From: Tubulanus polymorphus
Taxonomy: Eukaryota > Animalia > Nemertea
Length of the DNA: 64,000 nucleotides
Direction: 5' to 3'
Assembly: GCF_964204645.1 (NCBI RefSeq)
Contig: NC_134025.1
Coordinates: forward strand, 28,500,299 to 28,564,298
The notes under the pieces: model-generated
Databases searched by the model: none
Told to the model about the DNA's origin: nothing
The model's input: only the letters and a program-made list of their open reading frames with translations
Translations under genes and position numbers: made by a program
Shown here: in pieces, positions 48,490-63,700 of the stretch
How the letters are laid out: each line of letters starts with the position of its first letter
How positions within the stretch are numbered: position 1 is the stretch's first letter

Positions 48490-49050
48490 TCCCTTGTATA
48501 GAGGACCCTTGTATAGAGGACAGTCAGATAGGAAACCTCTTTAAAGAGGACAGTCAGATAAAAGGGAATTTAATTCCTGTATAGAGAGGACAGTCAGGAG
48601 AGTGCAGGTTGTATTCCTGTATAGGGGACAGAGAGGAAACCCCTGTAAAGAGGACAGTCGGATAAAAGGGAATTTAATTCCTGTATAGAGAGGACAGTCG
48701 GAGAGTGCAGGTTAAATTCCTGTATAGAGGGCAGTCAAGAGTAGGTTAAACCCTTGTATAGAGGACAGTCATGGAGGGAACCCCTGTATAGAGGGCTGTC
48801 ATATACATGGGAAGTTGATTCTTGTATAGAGGACAGTCAGAGAGGACAGGTTGAATTCCTGTATAGAGGACAGTCATAGGGAGTAGGTTGAACCCCTGTA
48901 TAGAGGACAGTCATAGAGAGTAGGTTGAACCCCTGTATAGAGGACAGTCATAGAGAGTAGGTTGAACCCCTGTATAGAGGACAGTCATAGAGAGTAGGTT
49001 GAACCCCTGTATAGAGGACGCGAGAGTAGGTTGAAACCCTGTATAGAGGT
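48490..49050 (+). repeat. 37-bp minisatellite (gtatagaggacagtcatagagagtaggttgaacccct)
   Basis: Degenerate at 5' side, near-perfect copies 48870-49050. Confidence 0.88.
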
Positions 49051-49071
49051 ACATATCCAAACAAAAACCAG

Positions 49072-49126
<55 letters not shown>
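49072..49126 (+). repeat. (CAT)n microsatellite
   Basis: About 18 copies. Confidence 0.95.
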
Positions 49127-49127
<1 letters not shown>

Positions 49128-49794
49128 ATAGCCAACAAACATTTCAGCGATATTCCAGTTATTGAACAGTTAGTGTTATGATTATTGCCGTTACAGTGTT
49201 TCATTTATTTCCTAAAGATTCAGCCAAATTCTATGTTTCAAGGCATTCATTGCTTAAGATTCTAATTTACTCCAACTTTTGAGTTTTTGAACTAATTTTC
49301 TCTAATCTGTATTGTATTTTAAATCGTTTTATTTGTACTTATTTTAAACTTCTTTATTTGTATATAATTTAGAACAATTTTATATTTTTAAGAACTACAT
49401 AATATTCGTTTTTTAAAACACGCCTACAGATCAATTTGATGAATTATTTATCTTGACTATATTTCTCTATGCATTTGACTATATCATATATTGGAACCCA
49501 AGATATTTTGGAAAGGATAACTGAAGGTCCAGGTTTTATCACTGAATACTCTTTGACACAATTACGTGGTCCACAACGCAGATATAAATAGTGGTTATGT
49601 ATGAGGCCCATATATTATAATGTATGCACGAAGAGCTTGTACTCATAGTTCATATGAAATGTGATTGAGAACTTTTTCTCATACTTTATTTTATCTTCTT
49701 TTCTTGATTTTTCTAGTTTTTTAAAGATATTTTCAGTTTGTCAGTGAGTTTATTGTCTTCACTTTTTGATTTCAGTTTATTTGTTTATTGTGTT

Positions 49795-50068
49795 TAGATC
49801 TAGTTATTTAAGTCTATTCAGGGCTATTTATTTAAGTATTTTTCTAGTTATCTAAGTATATTTAGATCTAGTTATTTAAGTCTATTTAGGCCAAGTTACT
49901 TAAGTCTATCAATGTCTAGTTATTTAAGTATATTTAGGTCTAGTTATTTATGTCTATTTAGGTCTAGTTATTTAAGTATATTTAGGTCTTATTATTTAAG
50001 TCTATTTAGGCCAGGTTATTTAAGTCTATTTAGGCCAGGTTATTTAAGTGTATTTACGTCTATTTATA
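49795..50068 (+). repeat. 24-bp minisatellite (tctagttatttaagtctatttagg)
   Basis: About 11 degenerate copies. Confidence 0.85.
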
Positions 50069-50074
50069 AACAAG

Positions 50075-52255
50075 TTTTCATCATTGATAAAATTACTCTT
50101 GGGATCACCAATAAAATACATTAATGTTAACTCATCAGATATTTTTAATCATGATAGAATATTGTTAGGTTATTTTTTATTGTTTTATGAACTGAGGGTA
50201 AATTTGTTATTGATAGAATTACTCTCTGGATCATCATACATTTATAGGAACGCTTCATCAGATTTCTTTTTCTGAATTTTCAAAAATTAGTTTCATTGAA
50301 ACAGTTTGTAATAGACTATTTTCTATTTTGAACTGAGGGTAAATTTGTCATTGATAAAATTACTCTCAGTTCATAAGTAAACTACATGAATTATAAAGTT
50401 CAATATATTTTTTGTATTGATGAGATAATACTGTTAGGTTTTTTCATTGCCTGATGAACTGAGGGTAAATTTGTCATTGATAGAATTACTCTCAGGTCAT
50501 CAGTAAAATACATTAATTATAAAGTGACTAGGATTAACACTAAGATATAGTTAAGGTAAAATTGATCAGTTTTAATCATGATAGAATACTGTTAGATTAT
50601 TTTTATTGTTTTATGAACTGATGGTAAATTTGTCATTGATAGAATTACTCTCTGGATTATCAGTTATATACGTTTATAGGTACACTTCATCAGATTTCTC
50701 TTTTTGAATTTTCAAAAAATAGTTTTATTGAAACAGATTCAAATAGAATTTTATTATTTGTTTTTGAAAATGAAGATGAAATTACAGCTTTTTCCGATCA
50801 TGATAGAATTCTGTTTTTTATTGTTTTATGAACTGAGGGTAAATTTTTTATTGATAGAATTACTCTCAGGTCATAAGTGAAATTCATAAATTATAAAGTT
50901 AGTAGGATTAACACCAGAATATATTTAAAGTAAAATTGATCAGTTTTTATCATGATAGAATACTGTTAGGTTTTTATTATTGTTTTATGAACTGATGGTA
51001 AATTTATCATTGATAGAATTACTCTCAGGTCATAAGTAAAATTCATAAATTATAAATTTAGAAGAATTATCAGTAAAATATATTTATAGTAAAATTGATC
51101 AGTTTTGATCATGATAGAATATTGGTAGGTTATTTTTATTATTCTATGAACTGAGGGTAAATTTGTCATTGATAGAATTACTCTCAGGTCATCAGTAGAA
51201 TTCATAAATTATAAAGTTAGTAGGATTTACACTAAAATATATTCAAAATAAAATTGATCAGTTTTAATCATGATAGAATACTGTTAGGTTATTTTTATTG
51301 TTTTATGAACTGAGGGTAATCTTGTCATTGATAGAATTACTCTCAGGATCATCAGTAAAATACATTAGTAGGATTAACACTAAGATATATTTAAAGTAAA
51401 ATGGATCAGTTTCAATCATGATAGAATACTGTTGTGAGGTTATTTTTATTGTTTTATGAACTGAGGGAAAATTTGTCATTGATAGAATTACTCTCAGGTC
51501 ATAAGTGAAATTCATAAATTATATAGTTAGTAGGATTAACACCAGAATATATTTAAAGTAAAATTGATCAGTTTTAATCATGATAGAATACTGTTAGGTT
51601 TTTATTATTGTTTTATGAACTGATGGTAAATTTATCATTGATAGAATTACTCTCAGGTCATAGGTAAAATTCATAAATCATAAATTTAGAAGGATTATCA
51701 GTAAAATGTATTTATAGTAAAATTGATCAGTTTTGATCATGATAGAATATTGGTAGGTTATTTTTATTATTCAATGAACTGAGGGTAAATTTGTCATTGA
51801 TAGAATTACTCTCAGGTCATCAAGAATTCATAAATTATAAAGTTAGTAGGATTTACACTTAAATATATTCGAAATAAAATGGATCAGTTTGAATCATGGT
51901 AGAATACTGTTGTGAGGTTATTTTTATTGTTTTTTGAACTGAGAGTAATTTTGTCATTGATAGAATTACTCTCAGGATCATCAGTAAAATACATTTATTA
52001 TATAGTTAGTAGGATTAACACTAAAATATATTTAAAGTAAAATTGATCAGTTTGGATCATGATAGAATACTGTTGTGAGGTTATTGTTATTGTTTTATGA
52101 ACTGAGGGTAAATTTGTCATTGATAGAATTACTCTCAGTTCATCAGTAAAATAATATGTCTTTTTAATCATGATAGAATACGGTTAGGTTTTTTTTTTAA
52201 TGATTGATGAACTGAGGGTAAATTTTGTCATTAATAGAATTACTCCTGGGTCATT
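50075..52255 (+). repeat. AT-rich ~158-bp satellite
   Basis: Core catgatagaatactgttagg...tgaactgagggtaaatttgtcattgatagaattactctcagg recurs; period 158 at 50952/51110/51268. Confidence 0.9.
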
Positions 52256-52819
52256 GAAATATTTTAGTGTGATATGGATTTGATGATGTCAGTAACATTC
52301 GAAGTAATGGAACAGATGATTATCAATCAACTTGTGTCAGGGCCATCTCTATTGATTCTTAGAATTTTTTTCAGATTAGGATTTCATTTTGGAAGACATT
52401 CTGATTAAATAAAAAAAATTAATTGTTAGATCTATTTTTACCTTTGTTTCGTGTTCGATGTCAGAAGTATTTACAAGTCAGTTGATTATTCAATAGAGCA
52501 TTTGAGCATAATTGATGTCATTATAACTGTTTAAATGGAACATTTTTCCTAGAAAAAATTTATTTTAGATATCAGTTTTATATTTTTATGTGTGGGATTC
52601 ATCTTGGATGATTTTTTCTAGGATATGATTTGTATATAAGATAGATTGTAAATGAAGGAAAGAATAGATTTTTAAATCGATTTTTAATTATTTAGGAAAA
52701 TAGGGAAATGAAAAAAAAAGATTTTTCTAGTTTTTTAGGTTTATTATTTCTATCCTAACTTCTATGGGGTTCTTATTTAAAGTTTTTTTTTCTCAAATGT
52801 TTCTTTTGATCTTCTTGAA

Positions 52820-54065
52820 CCTTTGAGCACATGTAGACTATTGCATTCACTTTTTGTCCATCGTCATCTGTTCGTAGACAGAATCTAGTTTTTTGGGAAG
52901 ATGCTTCAATGGATCGTCATGATATTTGGTTTATACATGTATCTACCCTAGACACCAAAAGAAGGCTCAAACAGAATCAATATGGCCAACTGGCGGTGAT
53001 TATTGTTCGCCAAAATCAGTACTTCAGTACTTTGTACACATTTTTGAATTTTACAAGGGAAATTTTAGAGATGCTTCACCCAATTTGATTGATGTTTCTT
53101 ATATGTGCATGCCCGTAGTGCCCATGCTTTAACAGGTTTTAACATTTAGTCTTGATAATTTGCTTATTCGTAGCATTCTCATTGGACACATCTCCATACG
53201 TGGAATTGGGGTTAGCCTAATATTGAATTGTATGAAATTGTTCCATTTATATTGGTATTCGTTCTATGATTGTGGTGAGATTAACGGTTTTTGGTTTCTG
53301 TATATTTTCACCGGGCGCATTGTCAGATTGTCAAGCATTTCATTCAAATGGCATGGTGTCCCTAGACCACAAGTGTCAGCGCTTTTAAGGTTCTCAAACA
53401 CATTTCATATCAACAGCTATATTTATTGAATGAAATTAGTTCTAACCTTGTTTCATTTTCATATTTCCCCCATAATCTTTCATGTTTCACTTATTTCTCT
53501 TTAGTCTTTAGTCGCACAATGTATTGTCATGGCTGTGGCCTGTCCATCTATCCACATTAATAGCGGTACTTAAGATGGCTAACTGGCAGCCAGATTTGAT
53601 AATTAAAACTATTATTTAGTCTAGTACTCGAAATCATTATTACCATGGAAAAGATGTAGGGTGCTAAGTGAAGCATTAGTTACATGCATGCTCAAGAAGG
53701 CTGACTGGCAGCTATATTTAATTCTCAAAACTAGGGGTGTAGTTTGAATAAGTTTGGGCTAGAGTGCCATGGTAATGATTGATATTCATTTTGGCTATGA
53801 ATTCTGAATCAAGATGGCTGACTGGCAGCCATGATTACACATACTGTTAATTTATCATTTTCAAGGGAAAGGTGTAAGGTACCACAGTGGTTGAAATCAC
53901 ACTAAAATGGCTGACCTGTGACCATATTGGTTGTAAAGCTAACTGGTGACCATATCAGATTTCATTATTTTATTTTCATTATAAAGTTGGCTGACTGGTG
54001 GCTGAATTGGATTTATCTTCTTTTCATTTTCACAATCAAGATGGCTGACTGGTAGCCATATTGAA
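52820..54065 (+). mobile_element. Degenerate Helentron-associated-like fragments with dispersed aagatggctgactggcagccat motifs
   Basis: tgtccatcgtcatctgttcgt and ctgtccatctatccaca heads, and ~6 copies of (aaga)tggctgactggcagc between 53570 and 54060. Confidence 0.4.
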
Positions 54066-54742
54066 TTTCAGTAATCTCCTGTGTCTAGTATGCACTTGTT
54101 TTCTGCATGCAATTTTTTTCTATCGCTCTTCTCTACTACCTGCAGCTTTCTCATTCAATAAATATCAATGTACATATCAACTCAAAAGAAGCCAAACGTA
54201 ATAGTTGGCATTATCATTGAAAGGTGCACCTGGCCTAATATACCGCGTGGTAAAAACCACTCTTTCTGTGATTGTGTAGTACCAGTAATTGATGATCATC
54301 GAGTGAGTGATTGGCCTGGCCCAGTTATTCTAAAATCACTTGGGCTTTTATTACTATAGGTAAATAATGATAAAAACTAAAGATTTAGATATATCATCAA
54401 ATTGATCGACACATTTTATCCGTACTAACACTATTGTACATATTGTTAAATTGTAAATAGTTGTTGGTTTTTATTTGTATATTTTATATTTTTTTATTGA
54501 TTATAATTTCTACATGTAAATATACTTTTTAGGTATCTTTTAAACTTGGATTTTAAATATTATCTTAAAATCTTTTAATTTTCCTAACTAATTTAGCTAA
54601 TTTAGCCCAGATTTTTAATACAGTTGAGTCCACATTTTCATAAATTGCTTTATTTAATACAACCATAAGAAGAATTTATCCAATCTTGGGCTTATACCTT
54701 TACCAGTGTTTTAGAATTGTCCTGAGGTACGACGTTAAACTG

Positions 54743-55380
<638 letters not shown>

Positions 55381-55529
55381 TAATACAGAATTTATACTGA
55401 ACAGCAGTTAAGAAGATTTTCATTTGACACTGTATAAGATACCTCTAGTGGATTTGTCTTAAGAGACATCGATAAGAATACTGCTTCCCTTGGGCAACTA
55501 TCAAAATATTCAAGCCTATGAGTCTTTCT

Positions 55530-57875
55530 TATAGGATAGGTCTAAGTGTAAGACTGCTCATGGGATATGTCTAGTGTAAGACTTCTAAGACTGGACTGCT
55601 TGTAGGATAGGTCTAAGTGTAAGACCTCTAAGACTGTTTAAGGGATAGGTCTAAATGTAAGACTACTAAGACTGCTTGTGGGATAGGTCTAAGTGTAAGA
55701 CTACTTAGACTGCTTATGGGATAGGTCTTAGTGTAAGACTGCTTGCGGAATAGGTCTGAGTGTAAGACTACTAAGACTGCTTATGGGATAGTTCTTAGTG
55801 TAAGACTGCTTGCGGAATAGGTCTGAGTGTAAGACTACTAAGACTGCTTATGGGATAGGTCTAAGTGAAAGACTGCTTGCGGGATAGGTCTAAATGTAAG
55901 ACTACCAAGACTGCTTACGGGATAGGTCTAAGTGAAAGACTGCTTGCGGGATAGGTCTAAATGTAAGACTATTAAGACTGCTTATGGGATAGGTCTTAGT
56001 GTAAGGCTACTAAGACTGCTTACGGGATAGGTCTAAGTGAAAGACTGCTTGCAGGATAGGTCTAAATGTAAGACTACTGAGACTGCTTATGGGATAGGTC
56101 TTAGTGTAAGACTGCTTGCGGAATAGGTCTGAGTGTAAGACTACTAAGACTGCTTACGGGATAGGTCTAAGTGAAAGACTGCTTGCGGGATAGGTCTAAA
56201 TGTAAGACTACTAAGACTGCTTATGGGATAGGTCTAAATGTAAGACTACTAAGACTGCTTACGGGATAGGTCTAAATGTAAGACTACTAAGACTGCTTAT
56301 GGGATAGGTCTTAGTGTAAGACTGCTTGCGGAATAGGTCTAAGTGTAAGACTACTAAGACTGCTTGCGGGATAGGTCTAAGTGTAAAACTGCTTGCAGGA
56401 TAGGTCTAAGTGTAAGGCTACTAAGACTGCTTGCGAGATAGGTCTAAATGTAAGACTACTAAGACTGCTTATGGGATAGGTCTTAGTGTAAGACTTCTAA
56501 GACTGCTTGCGGGATAGGTCTAAGTGTAAGGCTACTAAGACTGCTTGCGGGATAGGTCTAAATGTAAAACTACTAAGACTGCTTGCGGAATAGGTCTAAG
56601 TGTAAGACTACTAAGACTGCTTGCGGGATAGGTCTAAGTGTAAGACTACTAAGACTGCTTGCGGGATAGGTCTAAGTGTAAGACTACTAAGACTGCTTGC
56701 TGGGTAGGTCTAAGTGTAAAACTTCTAAGACTGCTTACCGGATAGGTCTAAGTGTAAGACTACTAAGACTGCTTGCGGGATAGGTCTAAGTGTAAGACTA
56801 CTAAGACTGCTTGCGGGATAGGTCTAAGTGTAAGACTACTAGGACTGCTTGCGGGATAGGTCTAAGTGTAAGACTACTAAGACTGCTTGCTGGGTAGGTC
56901 TAAGTGTAAAACTTCTAAGACTGCTTACGGGATAGGTCTAAGTGTAAGACTACTAGACTGCTTGCTGGGTAGGTCTAAGTGTAAAACTTCTAAGACTGCT
57001 TACGGGATAGGTCTAAGTGTAAGACTACTAAGACTGCTTGCGGGATAGGTCTAAGTGTAAGACTACTAAGACTGCTTGCGGGATAGGTCTAAGTGTAAGA
57101 CTACTAAGACTGCTTGCGGGATAGGTCTAAGTGTAAGACTACTAAGACTGCTTGCGGGATAGGTCTAAGTGTAAGACTGCTTGCGGGATAGGTCTAAGTG
57201 TAAGACTACTAAGACTGCTTGAGGGATAGGTCTAAGTGTAAGACTACTAAGACTGCTTGCTGGGTAGGTCTAAGTGTAAGACTTCTAAGACTGCTTGCTG
57301 GATAGGTCTAAGTGTAAGACTACTAAGACTGCTTGCGGGATAGGTCTAAGTGTAAGACTACTAAGACTGCTTGCGGGATAGGTCTAAGTGTAAGACTACT
57401 AAGACTGCTTGCGGGATAGGTCTAAGTGTAAGACTGCTTGCGGGATAGGTCTAAGTGTAAGACTACTAAGACTGCTTGAGGGATAGGTCTAAGTGTAAGA
57501 CTACTAAGACTGCTTGCTGGGTAGGTCTAAGTGTAAGACTTCTAAGACTGCTTGCTGGGTAGGTCTAAGTGTAAGACTTCTAAGACTGCTTGCGGGATAG
57601 GTCTAAGTGTAAGACTACTAAGACTGCTTACGGGATAGGTCTAAGTGTAAGACTACTAAGACTGCTTGCGGGATAGGTCTAAGTGTAAGACTACTAAGAC
57701 TGCTTGCGGGATAGGTCTTAGTGTAAGACTTCTAAGACTGCTTATAAGACTGTTTATGGGATAGGTACAAGTCTACGACTGCTTATGGCATAGGTCTAAA
57801 TCTAAGACTTCTAAGACGGCTTATAAGACAGGAACAAATCTAAGACTGCTTATGGGTTAGGTCTAAGTCTAAGAC
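55530..57875 (+). repeat. 38-bp satellite (gactgcttgcgggataggtctaagtgtaagactactaa) with 28-29-bp deletion variants
   Basis: Roughly 60 tandem copies, degenerate at both edges. Confidence 0.95.
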
Positions 57876-57924
57876 TATACATAGTGTTGTAATACATGGT
57901 GTTGTGCGCTATGTAAATTGCTGT

Positions 57925-60635
57925 TAAGTTCAGCTATCTTGAAACATTGATACTTGTACTGAAACATTGATACATGTACTGAAACATTGATATGCATTGA
58001 TACATGTACTGAAACATTGATATGTGTACTGATATGGTGGCTTGTTCTACCTCCCCTTCTTAGGGGTGATGTGACCTTCTTCGCTCTTTGATATTTGAAG
58101 TACGTATAAGATAATGATAGATATGAAATAATGATAGATATAGAATAATATATTAAATAATAATAGGTATGAAATGATAATAAGTATAGAATAATAATAG
58201 GCTTAGTAAAATAATCATAATTTGTTTGAAATAATGTTTCTCCTTGGTTATTGCTGTATGGTAGTTGCTTCTACATCAACTTATCAACATCACTGAATGA
58301 TTCTGATAGCTTCTGTGGTGTTCAGCCATCTTGAAACATTGATACATGTACTGAAACATTGATACATGTACTGAAACATTGATATGTGTACAGAAACATT
58401 GATACATGTACTGAAACAGTGATACACATACTGATTTGGTGGTACGTTTTATCTCCTCTCCTCTGCTTTTAGGGATATGAAAAAATGTCAGTGTTCAATA
58501 GCTCTGATAGTGGCTAGTTGATGTGACCTCACACTTTTAATACATATATCAAATGAATAATAGGTATGAAATGATAAGGTATACTAAAAGAATTATGAAT
58601 TTTCTCCTCCTCCTCCTCCTCGGATGATGTTGAGATTCGGGATCTCCTATCTCCTGTTCTTGAAATTTCGAGTACAAGAGACTCAAAACACTGATTGCTG
58701 TCTCTTCCAAATACTGCTGATTACGGCTGAAATGAATTTCCAATTCGCATTATCATTGACGTTAATTGTCAGTGACTCAAAACACTGATCGCTGCCTCTT
58801 CCAAATACTGGTGATTGCTGCTGTTATGAATTTCCAATTCGCATTATCATTGACATCAATTGTCAGTGACTCAAAACACTGATTGCTGCCTCCTCCAAAT
58901 ACTGGTGATTGCTGCTGTAATCAATTTCCAATTCACATTATCATTGACGTTAATTGTCAGAGACTCAAAACACTGATTGCTGCCTCTTCCAAATACTGAT
59001 GATTACTGCTGAAATGAATTTCCAATTCGCATTATCATTGACATCAATTGTCAGTGACTCAAAACACTGATTGCTGCCTCCTCCAAATACTGGTGATTGC
59101 TGCTGTTATGAATTTCCAATTCGCATTATCATTGACATCAATTGTCAGTGACTCAAAACACTGAATGCTGCCTCCTCCAAATACTGTTGATTGCTGCTGT
59201 AATCAATTTCCAATTCGCATTATCATTGACGTTAATTGTCAGTGAATCAAAACACGGATTGCTGCCTCTTCCAAATACTGGTGATTGCTGCTGTTATGAA
59301 TTTCCAATTCACATTATCAGTGACGTTAATTGTCAGAGATTCAGAACACTGATCGCTGCGTTATGAATTTCCAATTCGCATTATCATTGACGTTAATTGT
59401 CAGTGACTCAAAACACTGATTGCTGCCTCCTCCAAATACTGTTGATTGCTGCTGTAATCAATTTCCAATTCACATTATCAGTGACGTTAATTGTCAGAGA
59501 TTCAGAACACTGATCGCTGCGTTATGAATTTCCAATTCGCATTATCATTGACGTTAATTGTCAGTGACTCAAAACACTGATTGCTGCCTCCTCCAAATAC
59601 TGTTGATTGCTGCTGTAATCAATTTCCAATTCACATTATCAGTGACGTTAATTGTCAGTGAATCAAAACACTGATTGCTGCCTCTTCCAAATACTGATGA
59701 TTACTGCTGAAATGAATTTCCAATTCGCATTATCATTGACGTTAATTGTCAGTGAATCAAAACACTGATTGCTGCCTCTTCCAAATACTGGTGATTGCTC
59801 CTGTTATGAATTTCCAATTCGCATTATCATTGACATCAATTGTCAGTGACTCAAAACACTGATTGCTGCCTCCTCCAAATACTGTTGATTGCTGCTGTAA
59901 TCAATTTCCAAATCACATTATCAGTGACGTTAATTGTCAGAGATTCAGAACACTGATCGCTGCCTCTTCCAAATACTGTTGATTGCTGCTGTTATGAATT
60001 TCCAATTCGCATTATCATTGACGTTAATTGTCAGTGACTCAAAACACTGATTGCTGCCTCCTCCAAATACTGGTGATTGCTGCTGTAATGAATTTCTGGG
60101 TTGCTATATCTTTGACTTTAATTGTCAGTGACTCAAAACACTGATTGCTGCCTTTTTCAAATACTACTGATTACTGCTGAAATGAATTTCCAATTCGCAT
60201 TATCATTGACGTTGATTGTCAGTGACTCAAAACACTGATTGCTGCCTTGTTCAAATACTGCTGATTACTGCTGAAATGAATTTCCAATTCGCATTACCAT
60301 TGACGTTAATTGTCAGTGACTCAAAACACTGATTGCTGCCTTGTTCAAATACTGTTGATTGCTGCTGTAATCAATTTCCAATTCCATTATCAGTGACGTT
60401 AATTGGTTTTGTATGGTATGTTAATTGCTGTGAGGTTCAGCTGTCTTGAAACATTATTGCATGTACTGCAATATTGGTACATGAACTGAAACATTAATAC
60501 ATGTATTGAAATATTGATACACATGCTGAAACGTTGATACACATACTGATTTGGTGGCACATTCTACCTCCCTTCCTGCTTTTAGGGGTGATATGAAAAA
60601 TGTCAGTGTTCAATAACTATGATACTGGCTGGTTC
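57925..60635 (+). repeat. Three copies of a linker module (57925-58075, 58318-58530, 60433-60635) containing a 20-bp gaaacattgatacatgtact repeat
   Basis: Each begins gttcagc..tcttgaaacatt, has the 20-mer array and ends tgat-tggtgg...cctc...ttaggg-(t)gat. Confidence 0.8.
58677..60405 (+). repeat. 94-bp satellite
   Basis: Unit tgaatttccaattcgcattatcattgacgttaattgtcagtgactcaaaacactgattgctgcctcttccaaatactggtgattgctgctgtta; period 94 (58733/58827), ~18 copies incl. deletion variants. Confidence 0.93.
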
Positions 60636-60725
60636 GATCTTTGATATTAACATTAATGAATGATAGCTATGAAATATTAATAATAGAATTCCATTGAAAG
60701 TGTTCTCCTTCCCATTCTCATTCCC

Positions 60726-63700
60726 AGGGTGTTAATTAATACACTCTGTTTTTGGGTGATATTGAGTACAGGAGTCTCCTCTTTCCTTCTTCAACCGTCA
60801 TGTAGAAACGTCACTAACAAACTGAATTGTTAGTGTGTCATAACACTGATGGCCTCCTTTAATACTGCATTGCTGCTGCGTGTTAATTCTTACCTCCTTC
60901 CCTGAACTTCTTGAATTATTTCATTAGCAATATAACAATAAAAATTATTACATTAAACATTATAATATCATGAATCATCCTCCTTAAATATTGCTGCTTG
61001 CTGCTGGCTCTGTTTTGGGGTGATATTGAGTTCAGGAGTCTCCTCCTTCCTTCTTCAACTGCTATGTAGAAACGTGACAAACGAACTGAATTGTCAGTGT
61101 GTTACAACACTGATGGCCTCCTTTAATACTGCTGCTTGCTGCTGGGTGTAAATTGATACACTCTGTTTTGGGGTGATATTGAGTTCAGGAGTCTTCTCCT
61201 TCCTTCTTCAACTGTTACGTAGAAACGTGACAAACAAACTGAATTGTCAGTGTGTTACAACACTGATGACCTCCTTTAATACTGCTGCTTGCTGCTGGGT
61301 GTTAATTGATACACTCTGTTTTGGGGTGATATTGAGTTCAGGAGTCTTCTCCTTCCTTCTTCAACTGTTACGTAGAAATGTGACAAACAAACTGAATTGT
61401 CAGTGTGTTACAACACTGATGACCTCCTTTAATACTGCTGCTTGCTGCTGGGTGTTAATTGATACACTCTGTTTTGGGGTGATATTGAGTTCAGGAGTCT
61501 TCTCCTTCCTTCTTCAACTGTCATGTAGAAACGTGACAAACGAACTGAATTGTCAGTGTGTCACAACACTGATGGCCTCCTTTAATACTGCTGCTTGCTG
61601 CTGGGTGTAAATTGATACACTCTGTTTTGGGGTGATATTGAGTTCAGGAGTCTTCTCCTTCCTTCTTCAACTGTTACGTAGAAACGTGACAAACAAACTG
61701 AATTGTCAGTGTGTTACAACACTGATGACCTCCTTTAATACTGCTGCTTGCTGCTGGGTGTTAATTGATACACTCTGTTTTGGGGTGATATTGAGTTCAG
61801 GAGTCTTCTCCTTCCTTCTTCAACTGTTACGTAGAAATGTGACAAACAAACTGAATTGTCAGTGTGTTACAACACTGATGACCTCCTTTAATACTGCTGC
61901 TTGCTGCTGGGTGTTAATTGATACACTCTGTTTTGGGGTGATATTGAGTTCAGGAGTCTTCTCCTTCCTTCTTCAACTGTCATGTAGAAACGTGACAAAC
62001 GAACTGAATTGTCAGTGTGTCACAACACTGATGGCCTCCTTTAATACTGCTTGTTGCTGCTGCGTGTTAATTCTTACCTCCATCCCTGAACTTCTTGAAT
62101 TATTACATTAGCAATATTACAATAAAAATTATTACATTAAACATTATAATATCATGAATCATCCTCCTTATATATTGCTGCTTGCTGCTGGCTCTGTTTT
62201 GGGGTGATATTGAGTTCAGGAGTCTCCTCCTTCCTTCTTCAACTGTTACGTAGAAATGTGACAAACAAACTGAATTGTCAGTGTGTTACAACACTGATGA
62301 CCTCCTTTAATACTGCTGCTTGCTGCTGGGTGTTAATTGATACACTCTGTTTTGGGGTGATATTGAGTTCAGGAGTCTTCTCCTTCCTTCTTCAACTGTT
62401 ACGTAGAAATGTGACAAACAAACTGAATTGTCAGTGTGTTACAACACTGATGACCTCCTTTAATACTGCTGCTTGCTGCTGGGTGTTAATTGATACACTC
62501 TGTTTTGGGGTGATATTGAGTTCAGGAGTCTTCTCCTTCCTTCTTCAACTGTCATGTAGAAACGTGACAAACGAACTGAATTGTCAGTGTGTCACAACAC
62601 TGATGGCCTCCTTTAATACTGCTGCTTGCTGCTGGGTGTAAATTGATACACTCTGTTTTGGGGTGATATTGAGTTCAGGAGTCTTCTCCTTCCTTCTTCA
62701 ACTGTTACGTAGAAACGTGACAAACAAACTGAATTGTCAGTGTGTTACAACACTGATGACCTCCTTTAATACTGCTGCTTGCTGCTGGGTGTTAATTGAT
62801 ACACTCTGTTTTGGGGTGATATTGAGTTCAGGAGTCTTCTCCTTCCTTCTTCAACTGTTACGTAGAAATGTGACAAACAAACTGAATTGTCAGTGTGTTA
62901 CAACACTGATGACCTCCTTTAATACTGCTGCTTGCTGCTGGGTGTTAATTGATACACTCTGTTTTGGGGTGATATTGAGTTCAGGAGTCTTCTCCTTCCT
63001 TCTTCAACTGTCATGTAGAAACGTGACAAACGAACTGAATTGTCAGTGTGTCACAACACTGATGGCCTCCTTTAATACTGCTTGTTGCTGCTGCGTGTTA
63101 ATTCTTACCTCCATCCCTGAACTTCTTGAATTATTACATTAGCAATATTACAATAAAAATTATTACATTAAACATTATAATATCATGAATCATCCTCCTT
63201 ATATATTGCTGCTTGCTGCTGGCTCTGTTTTGGGGTGATATTGAGTTCAGGAGTCTCCTCCTTCCTTCTTCAACTGCTATGTAGAAACGTGACAAACGAA
63301 CTGAATTGTCAGTGTGTTACAACACTGATGGCCTCCTTTAATACTGCTGCTTGCTGCTGGGTGTAAATTGATACACTCTGTTTTGGGGTGATATTGAGTT
63401 CAGGAGTCTTCTCCTTCCTTCTTCAACTGTTACGTAGAAACGTGACAAACAAACTGAATTGTCAGTGTGTTACAACACTGATGACCTCCTTTAATACTGC
63501 TGCTTGCTGCTGGGTGTTAATTGATACACTCTGTTTTGGGGTGATATTGAGTTCAGGAGTCTTCTCCTTCCTTCTTCAACTGTTACGTAGAAACGTGACA
63601 AACAAACTGAATTGTCAGTGTGTTACAACACTGATGACCTCCTTTAATACTGCTGCTTGCTGCTGGGTGTTAATTGATACACTCTGTTTTGGGGTGATAT

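Noticed and set aside
55530-57875. CRISPR-like appearance of 38-bp (and 28/32/37-bp) repeats
   Set aside because: Head-to-tail tandem units with no unique spacers, no cas genes, eukaryotic context.
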